A stretch of 64,000 nucleotides of DNA, from contig OX597821.1 of the NCBI GenBank assembly GCA_951406725.2, forward strand, positions 69,502,001-69,566,000, given 5' to 3'. This DNA is from Octopus vulgaris. Lineage: Eukaryota. The notes below the pieces were generated by a model. It was not told where the DNA came from, made no database searches, and saw nothing but the letters and a program-made list of their open reading frames with translations. The position numbers and the translations under genes were made by a program. Of the stretch, positions 42,912-57,650 are shown in pieces (the first letter of the stretch is position 1; each line of letters opens with the position of its first letter).

Positions 42912-43179
42912 GAGAGGGGAAGTGAGTTACAGACAGTTACTGAGTTAGAAAACATAATTGAAAAGACAGAGAGAGAGACAGAAGGAGAGAGAGAGAGAAA
43001 AAGAGTGAGAAAGATAGAGAGAAGGAAAGCAGGTATGTAAAGGAAAGATAGAAGTTGTGTAGATGGGACGGTAAGACCAACTTCTGAGGAGAGAGGATTG
43101 TTTAGAGTGAGTGGAAGCGAGGAAAGACCGAGTTATATCATTGGAACGTGAAATATGCAGTCGGATATCCCGATCAAAC

Positions 43180-43215
<36 letters not shown>

Positions 43216-43221
43216 GTTCAT

Positions 43222-43258
<37 letters not shown>

Positions 43259-43262
43259 CATG

Positions 43263-43293
<31 letters not shown>

Positions 43294-43409
43294 GCACGCA
43301 CGCACGCACAAGCGCATTTAGAATTTATTGGAAATTGAACCTTCAGATTATTACACCCAGTTTTGCGTTACCGATCTTCGAAAGAAGGTTGATATGTATA
43401 GATATGGGA

Positions 43410-43706
43410 ATACATACATACATACATACATACATACATACATACATACATTCATGCATACATACAGACATACATGCTTGCATACACACATACATACATA
43501 CATACATTCATGCATACATACATACATACATTCATGCATACATATATACATGCATACATACATACATACATACATACATACATACATGCTTGCATACATA
43601 CATACATACATGCATGCATACATACATACATACATACATACATTCATGCATACATACAGACATACATGCTTGCATACATACATACATACATACATACATT
43701 CATGCA

Positions 43707-43740
<34 letters not shown>

Positions 43741-44070
43741 CATACATACATTCATACATACATACATTCATGCATACATACATACATACATACATACATA
43801 CATTCATGCATACATACATACATACATACATACATACATACATACATACATACATACATACATACATACATACATGCTTGCATACAAACATACATACATA
43901 CTTGCATACAAACATACATACATACATACATACATACAAACATACATACATACATACATATACATTCATACATACATACATGCTTGCATACATACATACA
44001 TTCATGCAAACATACATACATTCATGCATACATACATACACAAATACATACATACATGCATGCATACATC
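43410..44070. repeat. (TACA)n tract with recurring variant units
   Basis: Repeated interruptions cattcatg and catgcttg. Confidence 0.9.
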
Positions 44071-44074
44071 TTAC

Positions 44075-46730
44075 AAACAAAAAGTAAAGGCAAGAGAAAT
44101 GATGTTGAGAGATAGCAAAAAAGAGGACACTCACTTGCAAACTGATCAGCCGACATCAGAAAAGAATAAACGAGAGAGAAAAAAATAAGCAGAAAATTTT
44201 AACCGGAACCAGACAGCAGTGTGCAGAGACATGAGAAGAGAAGCAGTGAACACCATAGAAGCTTCTTCAAGAGAAGACATAGACTCCTTTTGGAGTGAAG
44301 AAAAGGAGTTTAACCAAAATGCACTGTGGCTGGAAGAAATTCGAAGAAGTTATTGTGCCTGCATTTCGCTCAAGATATATAGCATTCATGGCGATTCTCT
44401 TATGACTGTAATCCAGAAACTTCAGGACGGAAATGAACCTGGAAATAGGAAAAAAAAAAAAAAGGCGGCGAGCTGGCAGAAACGTTAGCACGCCGGGCGA
44501 AATGCTTAGCGGTATTTCGTCTGCGTTACGTTGTGAGTTCAAATTCCGCCGAGGTCGACTTTGCCTTTCATCCTTTCGGGGTCGATAAATTAAGTACCAG
44601 TTACGCACTGGGGTCGATGTAATCGACTTAATACCTATGTCTGTCCTTGTTTGTCCCCTCTGTGTTTAGCCCCTTGTGGGTAATAAAGAAATAGGAAATG
44701 AACCTGGAAGAGACTTGATTGTTGGATATTGGTACAAGAAGCTAACATTCTACCGACCATATCTTATCAATCTGTAGCAACAAGCTCGAAATGGGAATAG
44801 TAGCATACTAGAGTTCCAAATGCAGAACCATACACATGACAAAAAGCTACCGGCCAGTTGCATGCCAGAACTTAATGTATAAGATATACACAGCGTGTTT
44901 AAACCTCTTCCTCGAAGACCATTGTGAAAGTAATAACATCATCACAGCACGACAGGCAGCTGGGAAGAAGGGAGTCTGGGGATGTGCCGAGCAGATGTTA
45001 TATCAGAGGTGCGGGAGCAGAGAGGAAACCTAGTTTTAATGTATCTAGACTACAAGGAAGCCTTTAACTCTGTTCCCCACTTATGGATGCTAGAAGCCCT
45101 TCAACTTGCTAAAATTCCAGTGAGCATAGTCAAAGTCATAACTGACCTGACTTCATCGTGGGCCACCATCTGGAAATTAAACACACGGAGTGACTGTAAT
45201 ATCACTCATAGTATACAGTATCGCATAGGTATATTCCAAGGGGCCAGCTTCTCTGTGCTGTTGTTTATACTTTCTGTAAACCCCTCGTCATTCATATCAA
45301 GGATATCTAAATGATATCTCACAGGTTTGCAAGGAAACAGAAATACCAAAGTTACGCACTGTTTCTTTGTGGGTGACTTGAAACTTTATGCAAAGAATAT
45401 GCACGAAATGAAAAAGAGCATGAACCTGGTTACTACATTCTCAAAGGATGTAGTATTGGATGAATGTTATATGGTCAGGAAAAGAGGGAAGACTGTAAAC
45501 CATACTATCAACATCTCCATCAATGACTTGTCTGTTTCCCCTGTATCTGATGAGGAATATTACAGGTACATAAGAGTGGATGTAAACATTTCTTACAATG
45601 GAACCTGTAACAAAACACGTGTCATTAAAGAATATTACAGCAAAAGAAAGAAAATTGGACCTCAGAACTCTGTGCATTCAATTAAGCAGTGGCCCATAAT
45701 GGGTTTGCAGTGCCAGTACTCATACCAACATTTGGGTTGCTTGATTGGACGCCTGCAGAGATCCGAGCCATTGATGTGAAAACCTGGAACATACTAACCA
45801 CCAAACATAATTGCCACATCAACAGCGAGGTAGACCGTCTCTACCTAAAACAAAAAGCAAGGTGGCAGGGGCTTAACATCAATCAAGACTGCTTTTGAAT
45901 GTCGCATCATATCCTTTCGGCAACATTTTTTAACGACTAAGTGTGGAAGTGCATGCCTTGACCAAGTTTGCATACATGAGGCTGATAACATCATAAGACT
46001 TGGAAGGCAGCTCCTTGAGCAGAATTCCTTGTTTAATGGCCTTAAATACATGCATGGATATGTTGGTAGAATGCTCTGACGTGATAGTAATATTGATCAT
46101 CAAAGCAGTCTATCGTGGGCCAACAACCGGATTACTACCTCCAACACTGTAGGGTATGTGTTTCCAATCCAGGAACAGAAAATATCAACTAAATACCTGA
46201 TGCACAAAAGGGATAGAGATACAGTAAAAGCAGCAACGTGTGACAACCGATGCAGACTTTGTGGACGATATCACCCACTCCACAAGCGGTTGTCCGAAAA
46301 TGTCATCACGGTATTATCTACTATGAGACATGATATTGTAGCTAGAACAATGTACAACGAGATCCGTTCGAAGGATAACTCCGAAGACAAACAAATAACA
46401 ACACACAGTATGGTGGAAGCCATAGTCAATCATAATAAAAAGGAATACTGGTGGAATGCACCAGTGAAGGCCCCAATAAAATGTAAGCTCAACAACCTGA
46501 TATTATGATTTAGGATTGAGAAGAGAAACTGTGTAAAGCTGTGGAAATTAGCTACCCAACAGATGTTAGCATATGGCTAAAGATCAGCGGAAAAGAAAAT
46601 ACCAATACTGAACTATTGAGAAATTTGCAGTTACACTATCCAGATTATAAGTTCAAGTTTATACTTGTAATTATTGGGGCCTTGAGATATGTAACACACT
46701 GCCTAAATACCAACCTTGATGACGTGGCCC
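44075..46730 (+). mobile_element. REL-type LINE of the (TACA)n-associated family, decayed
   Basis: SYRPVACQNLMYK, LDYKEAFNSVPH, GIFQG, FFVGDLKLY, CRLCG, RHD, EYWWN; starts immediately after (TACA)n. Confidence 0.85.
44461..44697 (+). mobile_element. SINE family B monomer inserted in the LINE with a 16-bp TSD
   Basis: TSD ggaaatgaacctggaa at 44429-44444 and 44694-44709. Confidence 0.92.
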
Positions 46731-47752
46731 TAGGAACACTCTGCATACAATAAAACAGTGGCCCATAATGTGTTTCTAGTACCAGTACTCATACAAACAA
46801 TAAGGCTGCTTGACTGGACGCTTGATGGGATCCCAGCCAATGATGTGAAAACCCGGAAGATACCAGCACAAACAATTTCTCCATCATCAATGACGTAGAC
46901 CACCTCAAACTAAAACAAAAAAAAAATAATGGTAATAGAAGTTTAACATCGATCCAGACTGTCCAAGGTTCCATGCAGTGAGGCTGAACCAGGAACCATG
47001 TGGTCGGCGAGCAAGTTTATTACCACACAGTTACGCCTGCGCCAAGTATTATAATAGATTTTTAAATATGAAAGTAGTTGGCTGCAGTTGAAATCCGCAA
47101 CATTACGTTATACAAAGGGAAATAAGTGTGTTAATGACATCGGGATACAATGTACCGGAAGATTAGTGACCGTGTCGTCGTTATGAAATACTTTGATATC
47201 TAGTTTAATGGGAATATGTAGATGTGTGTGTGTACGTGTGTGTATGTGTCAATGTGTGTCTGTGTGTATGTGTGTGTGTGTGCGTGTGTGTGTTGTGCTT
47301 TTAGAAAAAAATAAAAGAAGTTAATATAACGGTAAATATATGTTTTAAATGGTAATCCTGACTTCTAGAAAGAAGCATGTAATTGTCTGATATGTATGTA
47401 TCCATAGATAAATGGATGAATAAATATACACGTGTATGTTCTTGTATGTATATATATATATATATATGTTTGTGTGTGTGTGTTGGTGTGTTTGTGTATG
47501 TGTGCACACGTAATACGTAGTCATGCTTACATGCGTATGCATACTTAGAAAACTAAATATGTAGTACACACCACACACGCACACGCGCGCACGTACACAT
47601 ATCTAGTCATGTAGACACATACACAGGCACAAATACACACAAACACATTTACTCACACACACACACACGCGCGCACGCACACACTCATTCTGCATCCAAA
47701 CAAAGAAATAGCCCAAAATACTCTGTGCGTATACGTGTGTACGCAGACTAGC

Positions 47753-47784
<32 letters not shown>

Positions 47785-47954
47785 CTCCCCCTCACTCTCT
47801 CTGTCTCACTGTCTCTCTCTCTTTTTACACATACATAAATATATACATCTGTATATGTATGTGTGTGTGTATGTATGTATGTATGTATGTATATGTGTGT
47901 ATGTATGTATATGTGTGTATGTAATTGTATATACACACACACACACACACACAA

Positions 47955-48036
<82 letters not shown>

Positions 48037-48553
48037 GATTCTGAAATATAGACGGATACACACAAGGATGCGTACACGTATACATGACATAACATACAGA
48101 CCTGTATACATACGTAACATGTACATGCATGCATACGTACATATATACACACATAACAAAAATGTATATATTGCTTTTCAAGACGCCGATTGCAAGGGAG
48201 GATGTACACCAGGTTATCATCACAAATATATGTAGTGGAAGGAACCGTGCTGGGTTTGTCTGTAGGCGGTCTGGGCCTCATAGTTAGTAGAGTTTACGCT
48301 ACAGTTCCTGCGCGTCATCAAGTCATATACTTTCACACGCGCCTTTTCACTCATGCGCAGTAGAATCCCCGGTATCACTTGGTAAAAGAGAGATTGAAAG
48401 ATGAGGAGAATGAGTGTGGGTGAGAGGAAGAGAGAGAGAGAGAGAGAGAGAGAGACGGGTGTTTGTTAGTGGTTCCACATGTGAGTGAGTATAAATAAAA
48501 GTCATACAACTTTTGTTTTCGGATTTACATACAAACACACGCAGAGACACACG

Positions 48554-48617
<64 letters not shown>

Positions 48618-48645
48618 CACACGAACAGACATGTATACAAATATA

Positions 48646-49027
48646 TCTTTTATCGTTTACTCATTTCAGTCACTAGACTACGGCCACGCTGGAGCACCGC
48701 TTTGGAGAATTTTTTAAGTCGAATGAATTGACCCCCAATACTTTTTCTTAAGCCTGGTACTTATTCTATCGATCTTTTTTTGCCGAACCGCTAGGTTGCG
48801 GGGAAGACAACCTACCAACACCGGTTGTCAAGCAGTGATGAGGGGACAAACCCAGACCCAAAGAGGCACATACATAGGTTTATTCAGCTTCCATTTATCA
48901 AATTCACTGGTAAGGCTTTAGCCCGAGGCAATAATAGAAGACGCCTGCCCAAGGTGCCACTGCCATGCTGAGCACCGAACCATGCGCTTGGGAAGCAAAC
49001 TTCTTACCACAGATCCACGCCTGCACC
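48646..49027 (-). mobile_element. SINE family A, older diverged copy
   Basis: Colinear with the other family A copies. Confidence 0.8.
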
Positions 49028-49317
49028 TATAAATAAATGAGTAAATAAATAGATAAATATATATATATATATATATATATAATATGTATATATAATTTTA
49101 TTTAATTCTTTTGCAGGAAGGATTGATTCGACGGGTCGTGTTCTGTCCTTACCTTCGAAACACGCATGGAGTCGAACCAAGTACAGCTGATGAAGGGGAA
49201 TATTCCTTGTATTGTTTGTCTTGTACTCTGTTTTTTCGTTGTTAAAAAAAGTCCGTTTCCATGTTTGTTTTTATGTTTTCGTTTCTCGTTGAGTTCTACG
49301 TCTATTTGTGGTGTCCT

Positions 49318-49740
<423 letters not shown>

Positions 49741-50115
49741 TTTTCTTTTCTCCAAGTAAGTTTATATATATATATATATATTTCTATGACGCGGGAAACA
49801 ATTAGCTTTAAACAATCCGTGGTAAATATTAAAAAAACAGCTTTCAGGGACAATAGCGGTTTATTGAGACGGAAGGTTGTGGATTATTTTCGTATCGAAA
49901 GTACGATAAACTGTAAAAAAAGTTCTTTTTATATACCCCAATAAGCGACCAGGGTTGGTGGGTGTGCGAATAAGAATACAAAAGTGACGGAATGGAGTGG
50001 GAAATATCCAGGCTAGATATATTTCATAGCGAGCGGAATCTCAGGAGTAGTAAAATTCAAGTCAGGTGTCTACCACTGGCTACTCTTCAGGCTAAGGACA
50101 TCTTGATTAGATATG

Positions 50116-50147
<32 letters not shown>

Positions 50148-50197
50148 TGTATGTATGTATGTATGTATGTATGTATGTATGTATGTATGTATGTATG

Positions 50198-50256
<59 letters not shown>

Positions 50257-50261
<5 letters not shown>

Positions 50262-50365
50262 GAGTCCGATAGAACAAGTACTGGGCTTACAAAGAATAAG
50301 TCCCGGGGTCGAGTTGCTCGACTAAAGGCGGTGCTCCAGCATGAAACAAGTAAAAGAGTAAAAGA

Positions 50366-50405
<40 letters not shown>

Positions 50406-50532
50406 TCTTTTACTCTTTTACTTGTTTCAGTCAGTTGACTGCGGCCATGCTGGAGCACCGCCTTTAGTCGAGCAACTCGACCCCGGGACTTATTCTTTGT
50501 AAGCCCAGTACTTATTCTATCGGACTCTTTTT
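50257..50532. repeat. Inverted duplication of a SINE A 3' end around (TA)n
   Basis: Left arm 50257-50367 is the reverse complement of 50404-50532 minus an internal deletion; both arms share the variant agagTccgat. Confidence 0.9.
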
Positions 50533-50818
50533 GCCGAACCGCTAAGTTACGGGGACATAAACACACCAGCATTAGTTGTCAAGCAATGCTAGGGGGACAA
50601 ACACAGACAAACAAACATACACGCACACACACACACACATATATATATACACATATATACGATGGGCTTCTTTCAGTTTCCGTCTACCAAATCCACTCAC
50701 AAGGCTTTGGTCGGCCCGAGGCTAAAGTAGAAGACACTTGCCCAAGGTGCCACGCAGTGGGACTGAACCCGGAACCATGTGGTTGGTAAACAAGCTACTT
50801 ACCACACAGCCACTCCTA
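50406..50818 (-). mobile_element. SINE family A, full length
   Basis: Colinear with the other copies. Confidence 0.9.
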
Positions 50819-51093
50819 TATATATATATATATATATATATGAGGGGCAAGAAAAAATGGCACGGATACAGTGAAGTGAAAAGAGGACGGAAAGTGAGCA
50901 TGAAGCGAAAGCAATGAAATATGAGAAGGGGGAACGAAAGAACGAAGAGAGGAATGAACGAAATAAGCGTGTAAGGGCTGATAGATCGGAGGAAAGAATA
51001 AAAGAATAGAGTTGTACAAAATTTAGATAAATATACACTTACATATAAGAGACCAAAGTGTACGTACGTCGCAGCCGAAATTGCAAAGATAAT

Positions 51094-51259
51094 AGGCGTA
51101 GGAGTGGTTGTGTGGTAAGTAGCTTGCTTACCAACCACATGGTTCTGGGTTCATTCTTACTGCGTGGCATCTTGGGCAGGTGTCTTCTACCATAGCCTCG
51201 GGCCGACCAAAGCATTGTGAGTGGATTTGGTAGAAGGAAACTGAAAGAAGCCCGTCGTA

Positions 51260-51314
<55 letters not shown>

Positions 51315-51526
51315 ATACGTTTGTCTATCTGCGTTTGTCCCCCAACATCGCTTGACAACACCGATGCTGTTGTGTTACCTCCCCATAACTTAGCGGTTCG
51401 GCAGGAGAGACCGAGAGAATAAGTACTAGGCTTACAAAGAATACGTCCTGGGGTCGATTAGCTCGACTAAAGGCGGTGCTCCAGCATGGCTACCGTCAAA
51501 ATGACTGAAACAAGTAAATGAGTAAA

Positions 51527-51528
<2 letters not shown>
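51094..51528 (+). mobile_element. SINE family A, full length
   Basis: Colinear with the other copies. Confidence 0.9.
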
Positions 51529-51619
<91 letters not shown>

Positions 51620-51623
<4 letters not shown>

Positions 51624-52460
51624 CAAAATGGGACAAGAACGCATAACATCCATACAGTTAGGTGATACAAGAAAGGGACAACAAAACATCCTGATAGACG
51701 ATACAAAGAAAACAAGGACGTTTTCTTTCCTCAATCGAGTTCCAGATTATCTTTGCAATTTCAGCTGATTATACTCGAGATTGCTCCAATCTGCCCAGAC
51801 CCAAGGTAAAACTAAGCTAAGAGCATTAGATTCCTTGGAAGAAAGCAGCGAATGTATTCGAAAACAAGGACGGAAAAAAAATGGAAAAAGTTACACAAAT
51901 ACAAATAACAGGACATTACAACGGGTGTCTTTCGACTAAGGACGAATTAAATTAAGCTGGCGTGTGTGGAAGTAAAGCCTTACGGCAGGGATACAAGATT
52001 TCATAGGCACAGGAAAGAATATAGAACCTCGAAAGAAAGGTCAGGCTAGGCTGAACACCGGTCACGTGGGGAGAGAAGAGAGAGAGATGGAGGCTGAAGG
52101 ACATAAGAAATAAGGAGGGGCGAGAAAAGCTGACAGAGTCACAGTGAAGTGAAAAGAGGGAGGTAAATGAGAATGAAGAGAAGACAATGAAATAAGAGAG
52201 GGAGAACGAAAGAACGAAATAAGCGTGAAAGGGCTGATAGATCGAAGGAAAGAATAAAAAAAATAAAAGAATAGGGTCGTACAAAATTTAGATAACTATA
52301 TACTTACATATAAGAGACCAAATTGTACGTATGCCGCTGACGAAATTGCAAAGATAATCTGGAACTCGACTGAGGAAAGAAAACTCCGAATTACCCGTCC
52401 TTGATTTCTTTGATTCGTCTATCTGAATGTTTTGCGTTCTTGTCCCATTTTGTATTTTGT
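51620..52460. mobile_element. ~840-bp non-coding element with long imperfect terminal inverted repeats in (TA)n
   Basis: 51621-51765 is the approximate reverse complement of 52340-52456; partial family copies at 50840-51093 and 57865-57910. Confidence 0.65.
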
Positions 52461-52511
52461 ATATATATATATAGCGGCGTACGTAAACTTTTGCGTCTCT
52501 CTCTCTCTCTC

Positions 52512-52590
<79 letters not shown>

Positions 52591-52959
52591 TAAATTAGAG
52601 ATAAAATCGCTATTAGGCAAATCAAACAGTGAAAAACATAAACCAATACATAGAAATAAAATTAATTATTATAATATACAAAATATATAAAATATAAAAT
52701 TCAAAATTTAAATTATTTAAATTTAAAGTTAAAATTTTAAAAAATTATTTAAATTATTAATTTATACTTATAAATTTTTTTATATATGTATATATATATA
52801 TTTTATTATTTTTATTTTTATTATTATTACTATTTTAATTTTTTTAAATAAATATAACTATCAAAATGTATTAAAAAGTTTAATATAAGATAAAGAGACA
52901 TACATACATACATACATACATACATACATACATACATACATACATACATACATACATAC

Positions 52960-53920
52960 AAACACCCTTACACCCTTGAGAAATATTCCTTGTCTGATAA
53001 ACTCAAATACATGTCCACAGAAGTCGCACGACTCTACGCAACGTGTCATTAGATGAAAGGATGAGCAAATATGAGCAGAAGATCATGCATGTATATGTTA
53101 ATAGAAAGCTCCGACGTGATGGTAACATTAATCATCAAACCAGTCTATCATGGACCAATAGCCGGGGTACTAGCATTCATTTTGAAGGGTATGCGTTTGC
53201 ATTCCAGGAACAGGATACATCAGCCAAATAGCTGATGCACAAAAGGGAGAGGGATGCAGGAAACGCAACAACATGTGACAACCGATGCAGACTTTGTGGA
53301 GTTAACACCGAAGATATCACTCACATATTAAGCAGTGCCCGAAAATGTCATCACGGTATTATCTACCGAAGAGATATGGTGTTGTAGTTAGGATACTGTA
53401 TAACGAGATGCGTTCGAAGGATAACCACCACCCCCTAGGACTAAGAAATAAGAAGTCACGGTGTAGTAGAAGCCATAACCCCTCATGATGAAAAGGAATA
53501 CTGATGGGATGTCCCAGTGAAAACCTCAATAAAATGTAAACAGAATAGAACTGACATCAGAATTTGGGATAGAGAAGAGAAACTGTACAGTTGCGGGAAT
53601 CAGCTGCCCAGCGGATGTTAGCATAAAGCGAAATCAGCGAATAAGAATAAGAATTATTTAGAAATCTGCAGTTAATGTTAATTATTGGAGCCCCGGGATA
53701 TGTAGCACACTGCCTAAAAGCCAATCTTGAGAAATAAGGCTTCAGAAAACCAGAAAGGAGACAGCTGATTCAAAGACTGGAGATCCAAGCCATCACTGGA
53801 ACTGTAAATATCTGTAGAACTTTCCAGAAGTTTATCATTTAAGTATATATGTGCATGCCTAGATATGCACATATATGCATGAGTATATATATATAAAACA
53901 AAACATACAAATCTATTCAT
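52960..53920 (+). mobile_element. REL-type LINE 3' fragment, (TACA)n-associated family
   Basis: HFEGYAFAFQEQ, CRLCG, endonuclease remnants; (TACA)n on both sides. Confidence 0.8.
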
Positions 53921-54164
53921 ATACATACATACATACATACGTACGTAGTACATACATACGTACGTAGTACATACATACATACATACGTACGTACATACAT
54001 ACATACATACATACATACATTCATACATACATACATACATACATACATACATACATACATACATACATACATACATACATACATCATACATACATACATA
54101 CATACATACATACATACATACATACATACATACATACATACACACATACATACATACATATATA

Positions 54165-56255
54165 CGGAAGGTCAGACTGATATACCACATTGGCTTACTA
54201 CAGAAAACTACAGGCCCATTGCGTGCTTAAACATAATGTACAAACTGTACACAAGTTGCCTCAACCAATTCCTTCAGGACCATTGTGAGTCAAACAACAT
54301 TGTGTCTGATGTGCCGAAGAACTTTTAATAAACAAAGCTAGACTGTCTGAAGTAAGAAAACAACACAGAGACCTTGTGACAGTATGGCTTGACTATAAGA
54401 AGTCATTCGACTCTATCCCTGATTCATGGTTGTTGAGGTGCCTATAACTGGCAAAGGTACCTACTACCTTAATTGCTGTTATAGAGAGATTCATAAAGCC
54501 ATGGACAACTATTCTTACCCTTAAAACTGAGAGCAGAATAATTGTTTCTAATAGTATAGTCATTACAAAGGGAATATTCCGGGGAGATAGTCTTTCTGTA
54601 CTTCTTTTCATTTTGGCACTGAAGCCATTATCGTTACATCTACAGAAAACAAATGGTTACATGCTAGAATCTTCAACTGCTAGAAATATCAATGGAACTC
54701 ATAATTTCTTTGTAGACGACCTGAAGATTTATGCTAAAAGTGTTAACAGTGACAAAAACAACTGGAATTAATAATATTTTCCGCTGATATAGGCAAGGAA
54801 TTTAACCAAAAGAAATTGTCATATTTGGTTGTAGAACAAGGGAAGTCAGTCCCACAGACCCCAAACCTGTGCATCAACGGTCTCTCTATCTCCCCCATTC
54901 TATAAAAAGAATGTTACAAGTACCTATCATATGAAGGCACTGTGAATAAAGATAGAGAGACCCGAGTAGATTACACCAGACTTAGGAAAATATGGTAGTC
55001 GGAACTCTCCTCTTACAACAAAACAATATCCCAGAATGCATTTGCAGTATCAGTGCTGATCCCAACATTTGGGATACTCCACTCCATAGATATCAAAACC
55101 CGCAAAATCCTGACAACAACTTGGAACTTCCACAGAAACAGTGATGTTGACAGGCTCTACCTAAGAAGAAATGAATGTGATAGAGGCCTGAGATCAGTAC
55201 AGACGGCCTTCGAATGCCGTGTGGTATCACTCAGGCAGCGCCTTCTAAACAAGAGCAGCAAAAATAATTATATCAATGCAGTCCTGAAAAATGAAGTGAG
55301 CAATATTGTACGAGTTGGCAGTGAACACCTCAAGAAAAAAATGTTCCTGATGATCTTCTATACAGTCCCAAAGCAGTTGGGCTCTCTTACTTTAGAGAAG
55401 GCCTGGACGGAGAGCATTCAGCAAACAAAAAAAAAACAAAGGACCATGCATGGGCATGTTGCGTGGAGGCTTGAAGAAGACAGCAGAATTGACACGAAGA
55501 GCAGCCTCTCTTGGACACAAAACCACTACATCACATCACACTTTGAAGGCTATGCGCGTGCACTCCAAAAACAGGAGATTGCCACAATGTATCTGGTGAA
55601 CAAGTGAGACAGTGGCGCTCTTATAATACTAAGGTGCAACCGCATGTGTAGGGTGTGTCATGTTTCTGTGGAAGACATTATGCATGTGATTAGCAACTGC
55701 CCTAAAATGTCGTCACAGTACTAACTCCTTATGCAGCACGATGTGGTTACTAAAACAATTTACAATGTCATCCGCAAGAAAGGCTGTCCTGAAATAAACT
55801 TAGAAAATCCATCTGTTATGGAATACATTCATAAACACCAACTCAAGGAATACTGGTGGAATATTCCCATCAAAACTTCTGACAAGTGTAAACACAACAG
55901 GCTGGATATTGTTGTTTGTGACAGTGGGTTAAAAGTATGTACCATCATAGAGTTTAGCTGCCCTACTGATATAAATATCTCTTTGAAAATCAAAGAAAAA
56001 GAGGATATTTATGGACAAATACTTCGAAACCTCCAGCCTTCATATCCAGACTATGAATTCATATTCATACCAACAATAAGTGGAGCAATAGGGTTTGTTA
56101 GTGAATGCTTAAAGAAGAATCTGGATAAACTGGGATTTTCAGTAAGAGAAATTGACCGGCTGATTCGTACATCAAAAATCCAATCTGTGGGTGGAACAAT
56201 AAAAATATGCAAGACTTTTCTCAAGTTCCAAATGTTAACTAAATCTCAAAGATAG
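54165..56255 (+). mobile_element. REL-type LINE, (TACA)n-associated relative
   Basis: WLDYKKSFDS, FFVDDLKIY, SHFEGY, EYWWNIPI, IEFSCP, IKICKTFLKF. Confidence 0.85.
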
Positions 56256-56592
56256 AGCATTGTATCTTTGTTCCTCCACAGTGGAGGAACAATATAATAA
56301 TTAAAAAATAGAAGACACATTTTCTGTGTGGAATGGGGGAGATAGAGAGATCATTGATGCACAGATTTTGGGTTTGCGGGACTGGCTTTCCTCGTTCTAT
56401 AACGAAATATGAACATTTCTTTTGGGTAATTTCCTTGTCTATATCAGCTGAAAACGTTATTAATTCCATTTGTTTTGGGGTATTGTTAACACTTTTAGCA
56501 TAAATCTTCAAGTCATCTACAAAAAAATACATACATGCATACATACATACATACATACATACATACATACATACATACATACATACATACAT

Positions 56593-57425
56593 ACAAAAAT
56601 ACTTTGTTGATGTTTTTGAATTTCCAATGAAGCAGCTTTGAATCTAGGTTAGAAAATGGCTCTTTCTCTATTGGCAAGAAATCTTGAAATAAAACTGAAT
56701 GATGACCTACATATATAAGAGAAGCTTGGAAGAAAAGCACGCATCAAACCAGCAAAAAGCACTGCAAAGATACATATTCGGTAAGGTCAGAGGGCAACAA
56801 CAGCTTTGACAGGAAGAGCAGGCTCTCTTGGGCATGCGATAGATAGAGTACATTTCACCTGGAAGGATATGCTTTTGTTATCCAGGATCAGGAGATACCA
56901 CTAAGCCCCCACGCTGTGATAAAAATTGCTGGCTCTGCTACACCAGTGTGGAAGAGATCACCCACATCATCAGCAGTTGCCCCAAACTGCCTGCACAATT
57001 CTAACTGCTCCTGAAGCTTGATATAGTTGCAAAGCCCATTTACAATGTTATCTGTAGAAAGGACTGCCCTGACGTATACATCAAAAACATGTTAGAACCA
57101 GCAGGTATTCACACCTTTAAAAAGAACGAAAACTGGCGGAACACTAATAAAAACATCAATTCGATGCCAACATAACAGAGCTGAAATTGTTCTATAGGGT
57201 AGAGGTCAACTGCCCAGCAGGCGTGAATGTACAATCAAAAGCCCAATAAAAAAGAGAACATTTATGGCAAATTAATGCGGAACTTACAACTCTTGTATTC
57301 TGAGTTCTATGAATTCTCCTTTGTATCCATCGTTACAAGTAAGTTAGGTTACGTACCAACAAATTTTCACAAAAACTAGAAATACTCGTTTTCACGGAAA
57401 AAAGAGCAAAAGAAACTAACACGGA
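56593..57425 (+). mobile_element. 3' UTR piece plus decayed C-terminal fragment of the same LINE group
   Basis: 56593-56705 matches 59672-59780; HLEGYAF and HIISSCPK remnants follow. Confidence 0.65.
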
Positions 57426-57555
57426 TATATATATATATAGGTACTGTAAATTTAGAGTGAATACTTGATAAGTGTAAGCACCTGTATGTGCCAGATAGTG
57501 GCAGAGGTGAGAGAGTATATATCAAATATAAATTAAAAACAGAACACAGAGGATA

Positions 57556-57650
57556 TCGCGGTACATGTGTTTCAAGCTTTATAAACAATGCGTTATTACA
57601 TCAGTGTATTATTGTTATAAAAGATGGTTTAAAGGTATCTTCAGCCGCAA
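57556..57650 (-). ncRNA. Type I hammerhead ribozyme candidate with expanded stem II
   Basis: Minus strand UUGCGG-CUGAAGA-(64-nt insert with uuuauaacaau/auuguuuauaaa hairpin)-GAAAC ACAU GUA^CCGCGA. Confidence 0.5.

Noticed and set aside
49150-49205. GAAAC...GUC...CUGAUGA resembling a type II hammerhead
   Set aside because: No stem I pairing between the cleavage site and the core.
52360-52405. CUGAGGA...CGAAU...GUC hammerhead-like string in the TIR element
   Set aside because: No A15.1-U16.1 pair, weak stem II, and stem I is out of register.
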